Shown here one piece after another: positions 20,501-30,026 of a DNA stretch of 64,000 bases. This DNA is from Nitrosopumilaceae archaeon (GTDB lineage: Archaea; Thermoproteota; Nitrososphaeria; Nitrososphaerales; Nitrosopumilaceae): positions 672,001 through 736,000 of the forward strand of contig CBDBCR010000001.1 of the NCBI GenBank assembly GCA_965203465.1, read 5' to 3'. The position numbers and the translations under genes are program-made. Each line of letters opens with the position of its first letter. The first letter of the stretch is position 1. The notes beneath the pieces are model-generated. The model was given only the letters and a program-made list of their open reading frames with translations. It had not been told where the DNA came from and searched no databases.

Positions 20501-20700
20501 CAGTCGCGACCGCGCGGTGCGTCAGGAAAATCGTGTCTGTGCTGAAAACCGGCGACGGGGTACATAGTATGCTAACGACCATCGACGAGACGCTCCAGGC
20601 AATACTTGAGGCAAAAGACGCAGATGCGGAAAGGATCGTCACGCAGGTGGCCAACGAACTGGGCGCCTACGGTTTTGAGCAGTTTAGAAAGTTTTCCTAA
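17509..20700 (+). CDS. Large alpha-helical (ARM/HEAT-like) protein with possible N-terminal HEPN-like domain; no NTPase motif
   Basis: 1063-aa ORF. N-terminal SVRETL...LHRWFVKVSHHG; YFF...WLDAL...WPESKYLARIA resembles the post-effector region of SIR2/STAND defence proteins. Start uncertain. Confidence 0.6.
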   Translation: MAAIRRAGGSVPESRAEIHVQSDVFASGDEKLLFERLYEQSQDLGYMFYSALFVLRRNAPGQSSNPSDPPGGVNPDRMAQSAHSVRETLVHAEDKLKLDLFAYSAYGKATPTSADKTEKKFLNNPTHVEKIQSISDPGRYLPKHLSRLYKDINKLHRWFVKVSHHGPPPSEQEYRKKLGAFTRHMNRLLEPYFQVTRQIDAALKDQGADLEKMEALLCKNWQAYHYFFKNASARWLDALIRSGTYFVHVPGSVSDTGEYMPIVWPESKYLARIAKERPELVTDTILKVRVTERKNPTVLADFAQAASEMPAKFGKKIANKALEEQWHRNAGQRLPWIVAEQIGALAAKLAPKEFDTALKLCENLLHLNDGDGYARGYLNDYDYRCVLETTVTVLAERDANKTLDMLCNMLSRAVRTINAGLGSGHMPSSSWHWDVGCDERNMHMGAISLLIVAIRKVLEMSERQIDDLAGSLEVLDSYKDPVFLRIKMHFYAKHPARFVKEMLPLASSQFDVKECESEYRRMLQFGYLYFDGDTRKDLRAKILAGPRPYTGDPAGHERRKDSWTLEKLHPLRNVEEFNPEYTSLKIKLGGPMDFGEHTPAYATPKPTLDPCMSPEEVIQYLESHKDEFDDNYHEFRRSVSRNPSEYCKLASRMRDMPVLFLRGFFDELSDADAALDWEPVLDLCGLMMDDADTSLISDSLLDDCGNMLRKNLTPDKIPFSLRGKVWNVLDRATRIVLSRYGSHREYSKPGNAFNSCINSGTGQTTLAIVQYAAWCHRGLARGGEPGRLVDEAKSALESLLDRHKSNSVHAAMGINFARLADLDEEWASSQTNSIFDHGHSSGAAAWEAYVQSCVRQTSFELLYAEYLYRFDAVSDPGTLKMMSDHVAVAHLHGLEKTDALIDSIMKKDSPGLLSYLVECMGKSASKLSVKDLKADMGAFASREEVSKTPSAGWLFLNRHADDGARLALLDRVLIATGGKIEPAHLVVEDLQSTSRSHPVATARCVRKIVSVLKTGDGVHSMLTTIDETLQAILEAKDADAERIVTQVANELGAYGFEQFRKFS

Positions 20701-21088
20701 ACGGCCGGCCCGAAAGTGCGGCCTACGGTCGGACAATTCGAGATCTCGGACCAGGCCAAAACTGGCAAACGATCGCATCCAAAAGACTGCCGCGTCCGCC
20801 TGCGCGCAGCCCGAAGCGTCCGCGCCGCCGCCAGATCCCTGCGCGCAGGCGGCGTCCGGCGCTGGTTTTTTTTTTGGCGCCGGTCGGGCGCCCGCCTGCA
20901 AAGCTCGGCCCCGTTCTCTGCGCCGCGCTAACGGCTTCGGCCCTCCCGGGCCGGCCTGTCGATGCGCGTCTCGCCCGCAGGCGTCTCTGACAGTTTGGCA
21001 TACGCGCAGCGGCAGCCAGCATCTGGCATCCGTGCATGTTGCGCGGGCCTCCCGCGGTGCCCGTGGCGCCCCATCTGCATTCGCCGAT

Positions 21089-21436
21089 CTAGCGCGCCCA
21101 CGTCGGATCGCGCATTCCGTGCCCGTCCCACGTTTCAAGAAAGGTGTCAGTCGATCTCAGAACCGTGCGTGGGGCAGCAGAATCGCCCAACGTCGGGCAG
21201 CCCGTTTCTTTGGCATACAAGTAGTTCAGGCGTTCCAGAAACTGCGCTTTGTTTTCGCCCCTGATCTCTGCCGCGTCCATGGTGGCAAGCGTCCTGTCCA
21301 TGAGAACTCTCACGATTTCGGGCAGGTCGCCAAACGGCTTGCCCGGCATCCCCGGATCGTCTTGGTGCACGGCCGTTAGAATCGCCTTGCGCAGATCAGT
21401 ACCCGCTTCGTCCCACGCCTTTTTTGCGTCCCTCAT
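21089..21436 (-). CDS. Hypothetical protein
   Basis: ATG 21436 lies ~23 nt below a TTATTA box; protein-like composition (MRDAKKAWDEAGTDLRKAIL...). Confidence 0.5.
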   Translation of the reverse strand: MRDAKKAWDEAGTDLRKAILTAVHQDDPGMPGKPFGDLPEIVRVLMDRTLATMDAAEIRGENKAQFLERLNYLYAKETGCPTLGDSAAPRTVLRSTDTFLETWDGHGMRDPTWAR

Positions 21437-21809
21437 GCCCCCGCCAAGACGGCGCCGGTAATAAGACTGCCTATTTTCCAAGTGCATATGCGCTTAGGAT
21501 ACCGAGATCGGCGGCTTTTGGGCCGCAAAAGGCGGCGCGCGGCACCCTCCTGCGCCGGCAGCGGGATCGGGCTCGGATGCCTGCGTTCTCTGGCGCCGAC
21601 GCGGCCGAGCGCCGATCTGTGTCTTTCAGCGCCCGCCTGCCCGCGCAGCACCTCCGCTTTGCGAGTCTACGATCCGGGCAGATTCTCGCCCCCGTCTTTG
21701 CATCTGGGGCGGATCCCGCGGCGGTACGTCGCGCCGGCTGCTCGAATAGCCGCATTTTGACAACAGACGGTTACACCGGTTCCTGCCGGATATTCTTATA
21801 TCAGGCACA

Positions 21810-24800
21810 ATGCCGAACTGGGCGTTGGAGCCGTTCAGCGTTACTGAAGACGACTTGGGCCGGCTAGATCCGAAAGACGCGGTAGATCTGATTAGAGACG
21901 TGATACACTTGGAGGCGTCCGGATCCGGCATCAAAGCTAGCACGATAGACGTATCTGCCAACATATACGCCAAAGACGGCGGTATAGACGGCGTGGTCAA
22001 AAACGCCCCGAACGACGGAATTTGTGGCATCATCAAAAAAGGGACCACGATGTACCAGGTAAAGTCGGGCAAATTCAGCCCGACAAAAACTAAAATACGG
22101 GAAATTTTGTTCAACGGATCCGAACTAAAAGCTGGAATACGGGACTGCTTTGAGATCGGCGCAACGTTGGTGGTGGCCTTTACCGGGTGGGATGCGCCCG
22201 CTGTGCCGCCCACGCGCGTAGAGCAAGACTTTCTTGCGCAGATAGAAAAAGAAGGATGCCCGAATGCGCGTATTGAAGTATGGCGCCAAAACACAATCAT
22301 CGGCCTTTTGAAAAAATTCCCGTCACTGCAACTGTCAGTCAAGGGCCTGTCTGGCAGCCCGTTGCACATACACGAAAAGTGGCGCGGCATGGCCGACATG
22401 AGGACGCAGGTTCATCTGGGCGAAAAGCAACACGGGTTCATACGCTCCATGAGGGCCGCGCTGCGCGGCCCCGACCGATCCCCGATACGAGTCTCGGGGG
22501 AGCCGGGCATCGGCAAGACCCGCCTGGTGCTCGAAGCCACCAAAGCGGACGACCTGCGCCCGGCCGTCGTATATTTTGAGAAACCGTCGGATCTGGAAGA
22601 GCGGGGCTTTATGAGCTACGTTTGCGGGGCCGACCGGCCGATCGAGGCGATCCTGGTCGTGGACGAATGCGAATTCTCCGATCACGCATCTATCTGGAAC
22701 AAACTGAAGCACAACGCGCCGGGCATCAGGCTGGTCACCATCTTCATCGAAGAGGGCCGATCCGCCCAAACCATGCCCGCCCCGCCGCTGGAGGACGAGG
22801 AACTCGAAAAAATCATCAAGGCGTACATAGGAGACGACCCCAACATACGGCGCTGGACAGAATGGTGCCGTCCGTCGCCTCGAGCCGCGCACATCATAGG
22901 CCACAATCTCAAAAACAACCCCGACGATCTGCTCCGCCCGCCGGACGAAGTGGACGTCTGGCGCAGATACGTCGCCGGCAAAGAGAGGTCAAAGGAAAAG
23001 ATCGACAAGCAGTACCAGATACTGCTCTGGCTCAGCCTGTTCAGGAAGTTCGGGTTCGAGAGCCCGCACGACGGCGAGGCGGACAGGATAGCTGAGATCG
23101 TGGGGCGCGAGGAGGGCATACCCAAGGGCGAGTTCGTGGGCACAGTCAGAGATCTGCGAAAGAGCAAGATACTGCAGGGCAGCACCACGCTGTACATCGC
23201 GCCAAAACTGCTCCATCTGTACTTGTGGCGCGAGTGGTGGAATACGTACAGCACAGACATGTTTCAAAAAGAGCAGGATCTTGTTCCGAGTGCATGCAGA
23301 GACTACGTAGACGGCAACTTGTCCACATGGTGCATGGACATGTTCGCATACGCTGGAACGAGTCCCGAGGCCGCCAAAATAGTGCGCAAATTCCTGTCCC
23401 CGGGCGGGTACATAGAATCGTACGCGACGATGGACTCTTTGTTGGGCGCAAGCCTTTTTTCGATCTGCGGCAGGGCCGATCCCGCCGGTGCGCTTGACTA
23501 CTTGAAAAGGACGCTCTGCAAAAGATCCAGGGGCGAACTTTCTAAATTCCGCGCGGGGCGGCGCGCCGCGGTGTCCTTCCTCGAGAGGATGGCCTCCAGG
23601 GGGGAGCGCGTGGACGACGTCGCGCACGTGCTGCTAAAGCTCGCGGAAGCGGAAAACGAAGCGTTCGCCAACAACGCGACGGGCGTGTTCCGGGGCATGT
23701 TCAAGCTGATCCGCCCGATGGCCAAGCCCGACTACATGATACGGCTGCTCAAGGGCGCCATGGAGTCGGATTCGGCCAGCGCTCGGAAAGTGGCGGTGGG
23801 CGCCTGCAGCGACGCGCTGGACGATGCCGGCTATGCCGTCCCGTACGAGGCCGACGGCATAGGGCCCGCGCCGCAGCCGTACGAGCCGACCCGGGACGAA
23901 AAGATCAGGTACCGGCTGCAGGTGCTGGGCATGCTAAGGGGCCGCGGCGGCGCCATGCCCGAAGGGGCCGCAGAGGCGGTGCTCTTACACGCCCACTCCC
24001 TGATCCTGGTGCCGGAGCTTGCAGACAGCGTTGCCGGAGCTTTGGAGGGGGTGCGGGCAGACGGAAAGAACGACGAAGAACTGGTCGAGTGCGTGTCCAG
24101 AATACTGTCGATCTGCGAGCTCGGCGAAAAAACGGCAGAGCGCCTGCAGGCGATCGCGGACGGCATATCCGGCGCCAGCTTCCATTCCAAGATGCGCAGG
24201 TACGTGGGCATGTCCGAGCACGTAGACACGGTCAGCGATTCCGCGCGCGAGAGCAGGAAAAAAGAGTTCGGCGTGCTAGCAGAGGCCGCCGCCGACCCGG
24301 ATGTCCTAAAGACCGAGCTGGACTGGCTCGTCACCGGCGAGGCCGCCCAGGGGTACCAGTTCGGCTACGAGCTGGCGGGCAGGGATCCGAAATGGCGGCT
24401 GCTGCCTGGGATCATGGGAGCCTTGAAAGGCGCGGGAGCCAAGGCCCAAAGCTCCTTCGCGGGCGGGTACCTGAGGCGCGTCCGGGAAAAAGACGCCGCC
24501 CGGTGGGGCGCCGAGCTGGACGCGGTATACGACGACGGAAAGACGTGCCGGCTGCTGCCCAGCCTGGTCCGGCTGTCGGGGGTCACGGACGAATCCGTCA
24601 GGAAAGTCATGCGCGGCGTAAGGAGCGGCAAGTTCGGGTGCAGCGCCATGGACTGCGTGGTCAATTCGGGCGGCGTTTCCGCCGAGACGTTTACAGAATG
24701 CGTAGAACTGCTCGCCGATAGCGAGGACGGCGACGCCGCGTTCGTGGCGCTGTCCATGATCCGTGCCCGCCTCGGCAGGAAGGACCTGCCAAAAGAGACC

Positions 24801-25487
24801 GTCCTGAAGATACTGCTCCACCGCAGCGTCTTGGACCGCACGGCGGAATCGGCCGGCATAGGCAGGGGCGAATGGGAGTGGAAGGACGTGGGGCTGGATT
24901 TCCTGAAACAGCACCCCGGCGACGGCGTCGGGGTGCTGGAGGCGGTGGTGGACCGCATGGACGCTCACATCCCCCTTATGCCGGAAATGGGCAAGGGGCC
25001 TGTCATGGCAGAGATCGTCAAAACGCACGGCGCAAAAGCGTGGCCCGCGCTGGCCAGGCACGTGGGCCCGCCGACGGACCGCAAGGCGCGCATGCTGCAG
25101 CTGTGGCTCGCAGGGCCCCTGTTCGACAGGGGCGACAGCGTCATGTCGTCCATCCCAATCTCGGCGATCAACGCCTGGGTCGGGGAGGACTGCGCGGCCA
25201 GGGCCGCCCACATAGCCTCTTTTCTTCCAGACAACTTTGTGTACATCTCGGAGTTTCTGTCGAAATACGGGGACAGGCAGGACGTGCAGGAAGCCTTGCG
25301 CAGAAACTTCGGCAGGGAAGGCTGGAGGGGATCGGGGGCGGCGCACTACCGGGAGAAGAAAAGGAAGGTGGACGGCCTGATGGCAGGCGAGTCGGATCCC
25401 AACATACTGTCGTGGCTCCGGTCTTACTCCGATCATTTGGACGAGACGGTAAAGCGCCACTCGGATTCCGAAGAGCGCGAATTGTGA
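21810..25487 (+). CDS. Avs-like STAND NTPase with N-terminal PD-(D/E)xK-type nuclease and C-terminal helical repeats
   Basis: DGGIDG...YQVKSG nuclease motif; Walker A GEPGIGKT; Walker B ILVVDEC; long helical C-terminus. Confidence 0.82.
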   Translation: MPNWALEPFSVTEDDLGRLDPKDAVDLIRDVIHLEASGSGIKASTIDVSANIYAKDGGIDGVVKNAPNDGICGIIKKGTTMYQVKSGKFSPTKTKIREILFNGSELKAGIRDCFEIGATLVVAFTGWDAPAVPPTRVEQDFLAQIEKEGCPNARIEVWRQNTIIGLLKKFPSLQLSVKGLSGSPLHIHEKWRGMADMRTQVHLGEKQHGFIRSMRAALRGPDRSPIRVSGEPGIGKTRLVLEATKADDLRPAVVYFEKPSDLEERGFMSYVCGADRPIEAILVVDECEFSDHASIWNKLKHNAPGIRLVTIFIEEGRSAQTMPAPPLEDEELEKIIKAYIGDDPNIRRWTEWCRPSPRAAHIIGHNLKNNPDDLLRPPDEVDVWRRYVAGKERSKEKIDKQYQILLWLSLFRKFGFESPHDGEADRIAEIVGREEGIPKGEFVGTVRDLRKSKILQGSTTLYIAPKLLHLYLWREWWNTYSTDMFQKEQDLVPSACRDYVDGNLSTWCMDMFAYAGTSPEAAKIVRKFLSPGGYIESYATMDSLLGASLFSICGRADPAGALDYLKRTLCKRSRGELSKFRAGRRAAVSFLERMASRGERVDDVAHVLLKLAEAENEAFANNATGVFRGMFKLIRPMAKPDYMIRLLKGAMESDSASARKVAVGACSDALDDAGYAVPYEADGIGPAPQPYEPTRDEKIRYRLQVLGMLRGRGGAMPEGAAEAVLLHAHSLILVPELADSVAGALEGVRADGKNDEELVECVSRILSICELGEKTAERLQAIADGISGASFHSKMRRYVGMSEHVDTVSDSARESRKKEFGVLAEAAADPDVLKTELDWLVTGEAAQGYQFGYELAGRDPKWRLLPGIMGALKGAGAKAQSSFAGGYLRRVREKDAARWGAELDAVYDDGKTCRLLPSLVRLSGVTDESVRKVMRGVRSGKFGCSAMDCVVNSGGVSAETFTECVELLADSEDGDAAFVALSMIRARLGRKDLPKETVLKILLHRSVLDRTAESAGIGRGEWEWKDVGLDFLKQHPGDGVGVLEAVVDRMDAHIPLMPEMGKGPVMAEIVKTHGAKAWPALARHVGPPTDRKARMLQLWLAGPLFDRGDSVMSSIPISAINAWVGEDCAARAAHIASFLPDNFVYISEFLSKYGDRQDVQEALRRNFGREGWRGSGAAHYREKKRKVDGLMAGESDPNILSWLRSYSDHLDETVKRHSDSEEREL

Positions 25488-25713
25488 CTCCCGGTTCTGC
25501 CGCGCGCGGACGCTCCGGAGGGGCCGGCGCCGCCGCCCCGGTCCGGCATGTGCGGCCTTGCCGCAAAGACGGAAAAACCGGCCCGGAAGTTCGGTTGTTC
25601 TGCCTCAAGTGCCCGGCCGCGTACGCGCTACTGGCGGATCGGGACCGCGCCCGAGAACGGCGCCCGAGGTCTCTGCCGGGACCTTTTTTTACTGGCGTGG
25701 TTCCTATCACGTC

Positions 25714-26064
25714 ATGGACGAGTCCATGGTATTGGCAGCGGTATTGGGACTGGACTTTCCCACGGTCGCGCACGCGTGGTTGTCCATATCCATGGCCTCG
25801 CTCCTGATCGCGCCCCGCCTCAACTCCAGGTACGTGCGCCGGATCAGAGACTCGGGCAGTTCCGGGCGCTGGATGCGTTGCGCCGTCTGGCTCACGGTCG
25901 CGCTGTCCTGCATGATTCTCATACTCGCGGTGCCAGCTTCCAACGGCCGGGAGGTTCCAGAGACGAGGAGGTATTTTGCGCCCTTTTCCAAAGGCTCCGT
26001 GTTCGCAGTCCGCCCCGCGGATGTCGGCGGGGCGCGCACGGCGCATCTCGGGCGCCGGCGTTGA
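25714..26064 (+). CDS. Possible small membrane protein
   Basis: T7-AC box at ~25684, then ATG 25714; two hydrophobic stretches. Could be spurious. Confidence 0.3.
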   Translation: MDESMVLAAVLGLDFPTVAHAWLSISMASLLIAPRLNSRYVRRIRDSGSSGRWMRCAVWLTVALSCMILILAVPASNGREVPETRRYFAPFSKGSVFAVRPADVGGARTAHLGRRR

Positions 26065-26200
26065 GTTTGTACTGCGGATGCGGTATCCTGCATCCGGGCG
26101 GGCTCGCGGCGGGCGATACCGCACGAAGATCGGACAAGACGGGGGTTTTCCGGCGAATCCCATCCTTTCCAGGCCGTGTAAAAAAAGAAAAGTATGCCTA

Positions 26201-26548
26201 CTACAAAACGCGGAAAAAGTTCAGGTAGGATGCCACGGCTCCCAAGAGCCGGGGCAGGTTCTCCAGCAGTTTTGATTTGTTGACTGACGTTTTTTGCGAC
26301 TTTGTCCAGGGGTGCGGCTCTCCGCACCCTCCGCAATGCGACGGAACTGCATATCCAGAATACGGCCCGTATTGTCCGTGGACGTATCCAGGGATTTTCT
26401 GGCCGCATTCTGTACAGCAGGTTATTGTTTTCTTACCACACTTTTCACAAAACGCGCTGTTGAGTTCGGGGTGTGATATCGTTGCGGTGTTTACTAGGTG
26501 CCCATTCAGGCAGATCTGCGCTACGTCAGTCCAGCGTCTCCCAAACAT
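26201..26548 (-). CDS. DUF2321-like zinc-ribbon protein (second paralog)
   Basis: DVAQICLNGH...FCEKCG...CTECG...HCGGCGEPHPWT; ATG 26548 lies below a TTAAAT box at ~26573-26578. Confidence 0.85.
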   Translation of the reverse strand: MFGRRWTDVAQICLNGHLVNTATISHPELNSAFCEKCGKKTITCCTECGQKIPGYVHGQYGPYSGYAVPSHCGGCGEPHPWTKSQKTSVNKSKLLENLPRLLGAVASYLNFFRVL

Positions 26549-26583
26549 TGCCCTACAATGCAGGTTGTTGTAATTTAAGTATT

Positions 26584-26613
26584 TTGAAGCGGCTTCAATT
26601 TTGTTTACAAACA
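26584..26613. promoter_or_regulatory. Operator-like palindromes next to the DUF2321 TATA box
   Basis: TTGAAGC-G-GCTTCAA (26584-26598) and TGTTT-AC-AAACA (26602-26613). Confidence 0.4.
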
Positions 26614-26630
26614 TACATGATGTAAGGTTA

Positions 26631-26698
26631 TCCGGAAAGAGGAAACGCTTGGTCCGCAGGCACGAATCGTGACATCTGCCCCGTGCAGATCGTGACAT
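26631..26698 (-). repeat. Dispersed ~60-bp repeat, copy 1 (partner at 41809-41865)
   Basis: Minus strand ATGTCACG...ATGTCACGATTCGTGCCTGCGGACCAAGCGTTTCCTCTTTCCGGA aligns to 41809-41865. Confidence 0.75.
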
Positions 26699-27040
26699 GT
26701 TGTTTTCTCGCCGCCTGGCAGGCAGCCGATCCGGGTTGCCGGATGCTCGGGGCACCGCGTATGGCGCAGGCGGTCTTTGGCCTGGTATGTGTAACGTGCT
26801 CCGGAAAAGGCCCGACGCTCGCCGTGGGCACCGAGGACGTTGTAGCATCCGCGCGGCCGGGCCGACTTTCGGTTTCCGGCTCCGTCGGCGCAAGGCCTGC
26901 GCATCCGGGCGGCCCGGCTCCCCGCAGGACGGTCGGGCGGCGGCTTGCACGAGGCGGCGCTCTGCTTCCGGCAGGCGCGCCCGCTCACGGCACGGCTAGG
27001 ACCTGCCAACTACGGGAGTATGCTTCCGCGGCGCGCCCCG

Positions 27041-28090
27041 CTATCCAAAGCGCGTTCCGAGATTCCAGAGGGAAGCGTGGCGTTCGGCGAGCTGGCCCAT
27101 CTTGGAGTTCCCACGGGCGGCGTTCGCGCCCGTCTTTCCCCCTCCGTACGGGGGCGTCGTGGCGGTTTTGGCCGCAAACCCGCATTCCAGCAAGAATGCC
27201 GACCGCATTCGGCGCAGTATAAGATCCTGCGACCAGCGTTCAAACCAAGTTCCGTCTTGGATGGATTCGAGATGCCGCGCATTGCGGGGGTTCAGTAGAT
27301 CAAATTTGTACGGCATAATCCCGGGCAGCGCCGGTTTGACGCATAAGGCGTTGCAAAAGTTGTATTCGTCGTACCTACTGTTCTTCCTCCAGTTCCGCGC
27401 GGCACTGAGCATTTCCGGGCTCGTCCTGAATTCGGACTTTGAATACGTAAATCTGCGCGCGTTGCACAGCTGTAGAAAGTTCTGGTATTCCACATGCCGA
27501 TCGTCGCTCAATTCCACGTACGCCATTTTTTTGAAAGCGCGGCCGTGCAGCAGCGCCAGGCTCAGCGTAGGCGTCAACGGCATGTAAGCCTCGATGAGAA
27601 AATCCACCATCGGGTTGTCCGACGTTATGAACGGCACGTCGGTTTTGTTTTCCATGACGACCACGTTCATCTGCCCAAACATGTCGACGTTGTGGATCAT
27701 GCCGTTTTGGGCATGCCTCGGATCCGGGAGCACGCTCGTGCCGAAGCATTTGTTCAATTGGCGCGTCCGAGGCAGGATGTCTTCCCGCGCCTGTTCGGTC
27801 CGTGCCTCCATGTGGTTGACAAACAGGCGCACGCCGTCTCGATCCGCTTTGCTTAGGGCATAGTAGTTTTTGCCTTCAATCAGCCTCGCTACGGACGGAG
27901 CGTACCAGTTCTCGAACGGCTCCAAGATCTCTTCCCAGTAAAACCGGTCGTGGGCGGTAGCGCTGTTGACGCTCGCCTTTGCCCATCTGTCTTTTACTTT
28001 GTCAAACTGCCAAAACCGGGTTTTGCCGCCGGCAACAAAACGCTTCAGGTGGAATTTGGGCACGGTGTGCTGGTGCCGGTTGTCAGTCAA
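27041..28090 (-). CDS. DUF4238 domain protein
   Basis: QHTVPKFHLKRF N-terminal motif and FITSDNP. Confidence 0.85.
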   Translation of the reverse strand: MTDNRHQHTVPKFHLKRFVAGGKTRFWQFDKVKDRWAKASVNSATAHDRFYWEEILEPFENWYAPSVARLIEGKNYYALSKADRDGVRLFVNHMEARTEQAREDILPRTRQLNKCFGTSVLPDPRHAQNGMIHNVDMFGQMNVVVMENKTDVPFITSDNPMVDFLIEAYMPLTPTLSLALLHGRAFKKMAYVELSDDRHVEYQNFLQLCNARRFTYSKSEFRTSPEMLSAARNWRKNSRYDEYNFCNALCVKPALPGIMPYKFDLLNPRNARHLESIQDGTWFERWSQDLILRRMRSAFLLECGFAAKTATTPPYGGGKTGANAARGNSKMGQLAERHASLWNLGTRFG

Positions 28091-28308
28091 CGTGGTACCG
28101 TCCGATACAGTCCCGTATTTGTGTCTTGAGAGGCCGTCCGGATGTGTTTAGGTACGGCAGACGTCTAGCCGCGAATATGCGCATTGGAGGCTCGCGGTCG
28201 TGCCTAGACGGGAGTGGCACGTAAACACGCACGGCCGTCCGGCGCCGTTTCGGATTTGGGCGCCAGGCATGCCCAGATGCGGGGCCGCAGAGGCCGGGGC
28301 CGCCCGAG

Positions 28309-29901
28309 TCACGCAGCGCCCGGCTCGAGCCCGGACCTCAGTTCCTCCCAGATGCGGGCAGAGCGCATCTTTAGGAACTTTTCATAGTCGTCGTCCCACA
28401 CGCCGTACCCTTCGAGGTCGTCTATCAGGTGAGTCTTCATGGTGCCGGCCAGGTCCGGGTTGCCTTCGGAGAACGAAGCCATGTATTCGGAAGGGGCCCG
28501 GGAGCCTATCTCGTTCTTGTTCAGATCCGCCCCTATGAACGTGATGTTGGCCGCCATGTTGATCATGCTCGGCCCAAAGCCCTGCCTTTTGAGGAACGCC
28601 CGGGGGAAAAAGTGGTGGTAGTTTCTGCTGTTGGACTTTGAGAGGTTGTCGTCGTCCAGTACCACGGGCGTCCCGCTCTTGAACGAGCGCGGGCCCGCCG
28701 ACGCCAGCGCGCACAGCACCGCCTTGTTCAGCGCGTCGCCCCCGAACCGCAGTGCCCGTATGTCCTCAGCGCCCAGGCTGACCTTGAACTCTTTTCCGTA
28801 TTCGGGCCTCTTTCCGTCCATCACGCAGTCCATGAGCCGGCAGTCCGCGGCGATCTTGGACTCTACGGAGCTGGTGAACCTCGAGGTGAGGGCGGCCCTC
28901 CAAAAGTACTCTTTCAGGTACTCGGCTTGGACGGCGGTGGGCTCTTTTCCGTTTCTGCGGAAAAAGTAGCCGAACGGGACCATGAGCGCGGGGTACGGGA
29001 GGAGGTGCCCGGACGGGATGGCGTGCGACCTGATGAAGTGGTCGGCGGCCTTTTCGACCGCCGACGAGGCCTCGTCCCATTCCGACTTTACGTCCCCCTT
29101 TGACAGATCTATGATGGTCTTGCGCTTGCAGTCCATCTTGAGGTTCATGGAGACGCACTGCAGCATCTGCGCCTCCGGTATGCTGTACCGTGCCTTTGAC
29201 AGGCGGTCTTGCAGCTGCGCGTATCTGTCCCTGAGATCGAAGGATCCGACCTCGTACGTCTTTGCGACCATGATGTCGAACAGGGTCAGGGGTTTTCCGG
29301 TCGTGTTTATGCGGCTGAACATCTCCACGGCCTTGTCTATCTGGTACCCGTTTATCGTGATCGTGGAAAACGTGTAGTTCCTGATCGAATTCTGGAACTT
29401 TGATATCTTTTCGGCGTGCTCCGAGTATTCCCTGGTCATCTGGGCAAAGTCCTTGTAAAGCAGGTCGTAGACGGTTATGGACCTTCCGGGTGGCTCGTCC
29501 ACGCTCACGATGTCGTCCGAGTCGCCGTCCAGATCCACGAAGATGTCTCGGTAAGAGACATCCTTGCCGTCCCTGTCCATCGTCACGCCCTCCATGATGG
29601 CAAACAGGGAAGAGAGGCGCTGCTGCCCGTCGAGGACGTACTGGACGAACCCGCCCTCGTGGTACTCGCGCAGCTCTATGCCGCCTATGCTCCTCTCTCC
29701 GGGCAGGTTTTCCTGCGTCCTCCAAAAGATCAGCGTGCCTATGGGGTACCCTTTCAGCATGCTGTCTATGAGGGCGGCCGACTTTTGGCGTCCCCACACA
29801 AAGTCGCGCTGGAACTTTGGGATCCTGATTATTCCGCTCTTGATGTCGCCGATCAGCTGGCCGCACGGGATGTGGCCCGGGATCTGCGATTCTGCGGACA
29901 C
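28309..29901 (-). CDS. GmrSD-like modification-dependent restriction protein (DUF262 + C-terminal HNH-like)
   Basis: IPKFQRDFVW, YPIGTLIFW, VLDGQQRL, FSRINTTG, HHFFP...AN...N; GTG 29901 lies below TATAAA at ~29924-29929. Confidence 0.9.
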   Translation of the reverse strand: MSAESQIPGHIPCGQLIGDIKSGIIRIPKFQRDFVWGRQKSAALIDSMLKGYPIGTLIFWRTQENLPGERSIGGIELREYHEGGFVQYVLDGQQRLSSLFAIMEGVTMDRDGKDVSYRDIFVDLDGDSDDIVSVDEPPGRSITVYDLLYKDFAQMTREYSEHAEKISKFQNSIRNYTFSTITINGYQIDKAVEMFSRINTTGKPLTLFDIMVAKTYEVGSFDLRDRYAQLQDRLSKARYSIPEAQMLQCVSMNLKMDCKRKTIIDLSKGDVKSEWDEASSAVEKAADHFIRSHAIPSGHLLPYPALMVPFGYFFRRNGKEPTAVQAEYLKEYFWRAALTSRFTSSVESKIAADCRLMDCVMDGKRPEYGKEFKVSLGAEDIRALRFGGDALNKAVLCALASAGPRSFKSGTPVVLDDDNLSKSNSRNYHHFFPRAFLKRQGFGPSMINMAANITFIGADLNKNEIGSRAPSEYMASFSEGNPDLAGTMKTHLIDDLEGYGVWDDDYEKFLKMRSARIWEELRSGLEPGAA

Positions 29902-30026
29902 GGGCAGTTCGGGATGGGGCTTGTTTATACCTCTTTGTCGGCGACGGCGCCGTCGGCCAAATCGGGGCGGCATGCGCCCGGGCGCGCCCCCCACACCGTT
30001 ATAGCCAAACGCCCGGCACCGCCTCC

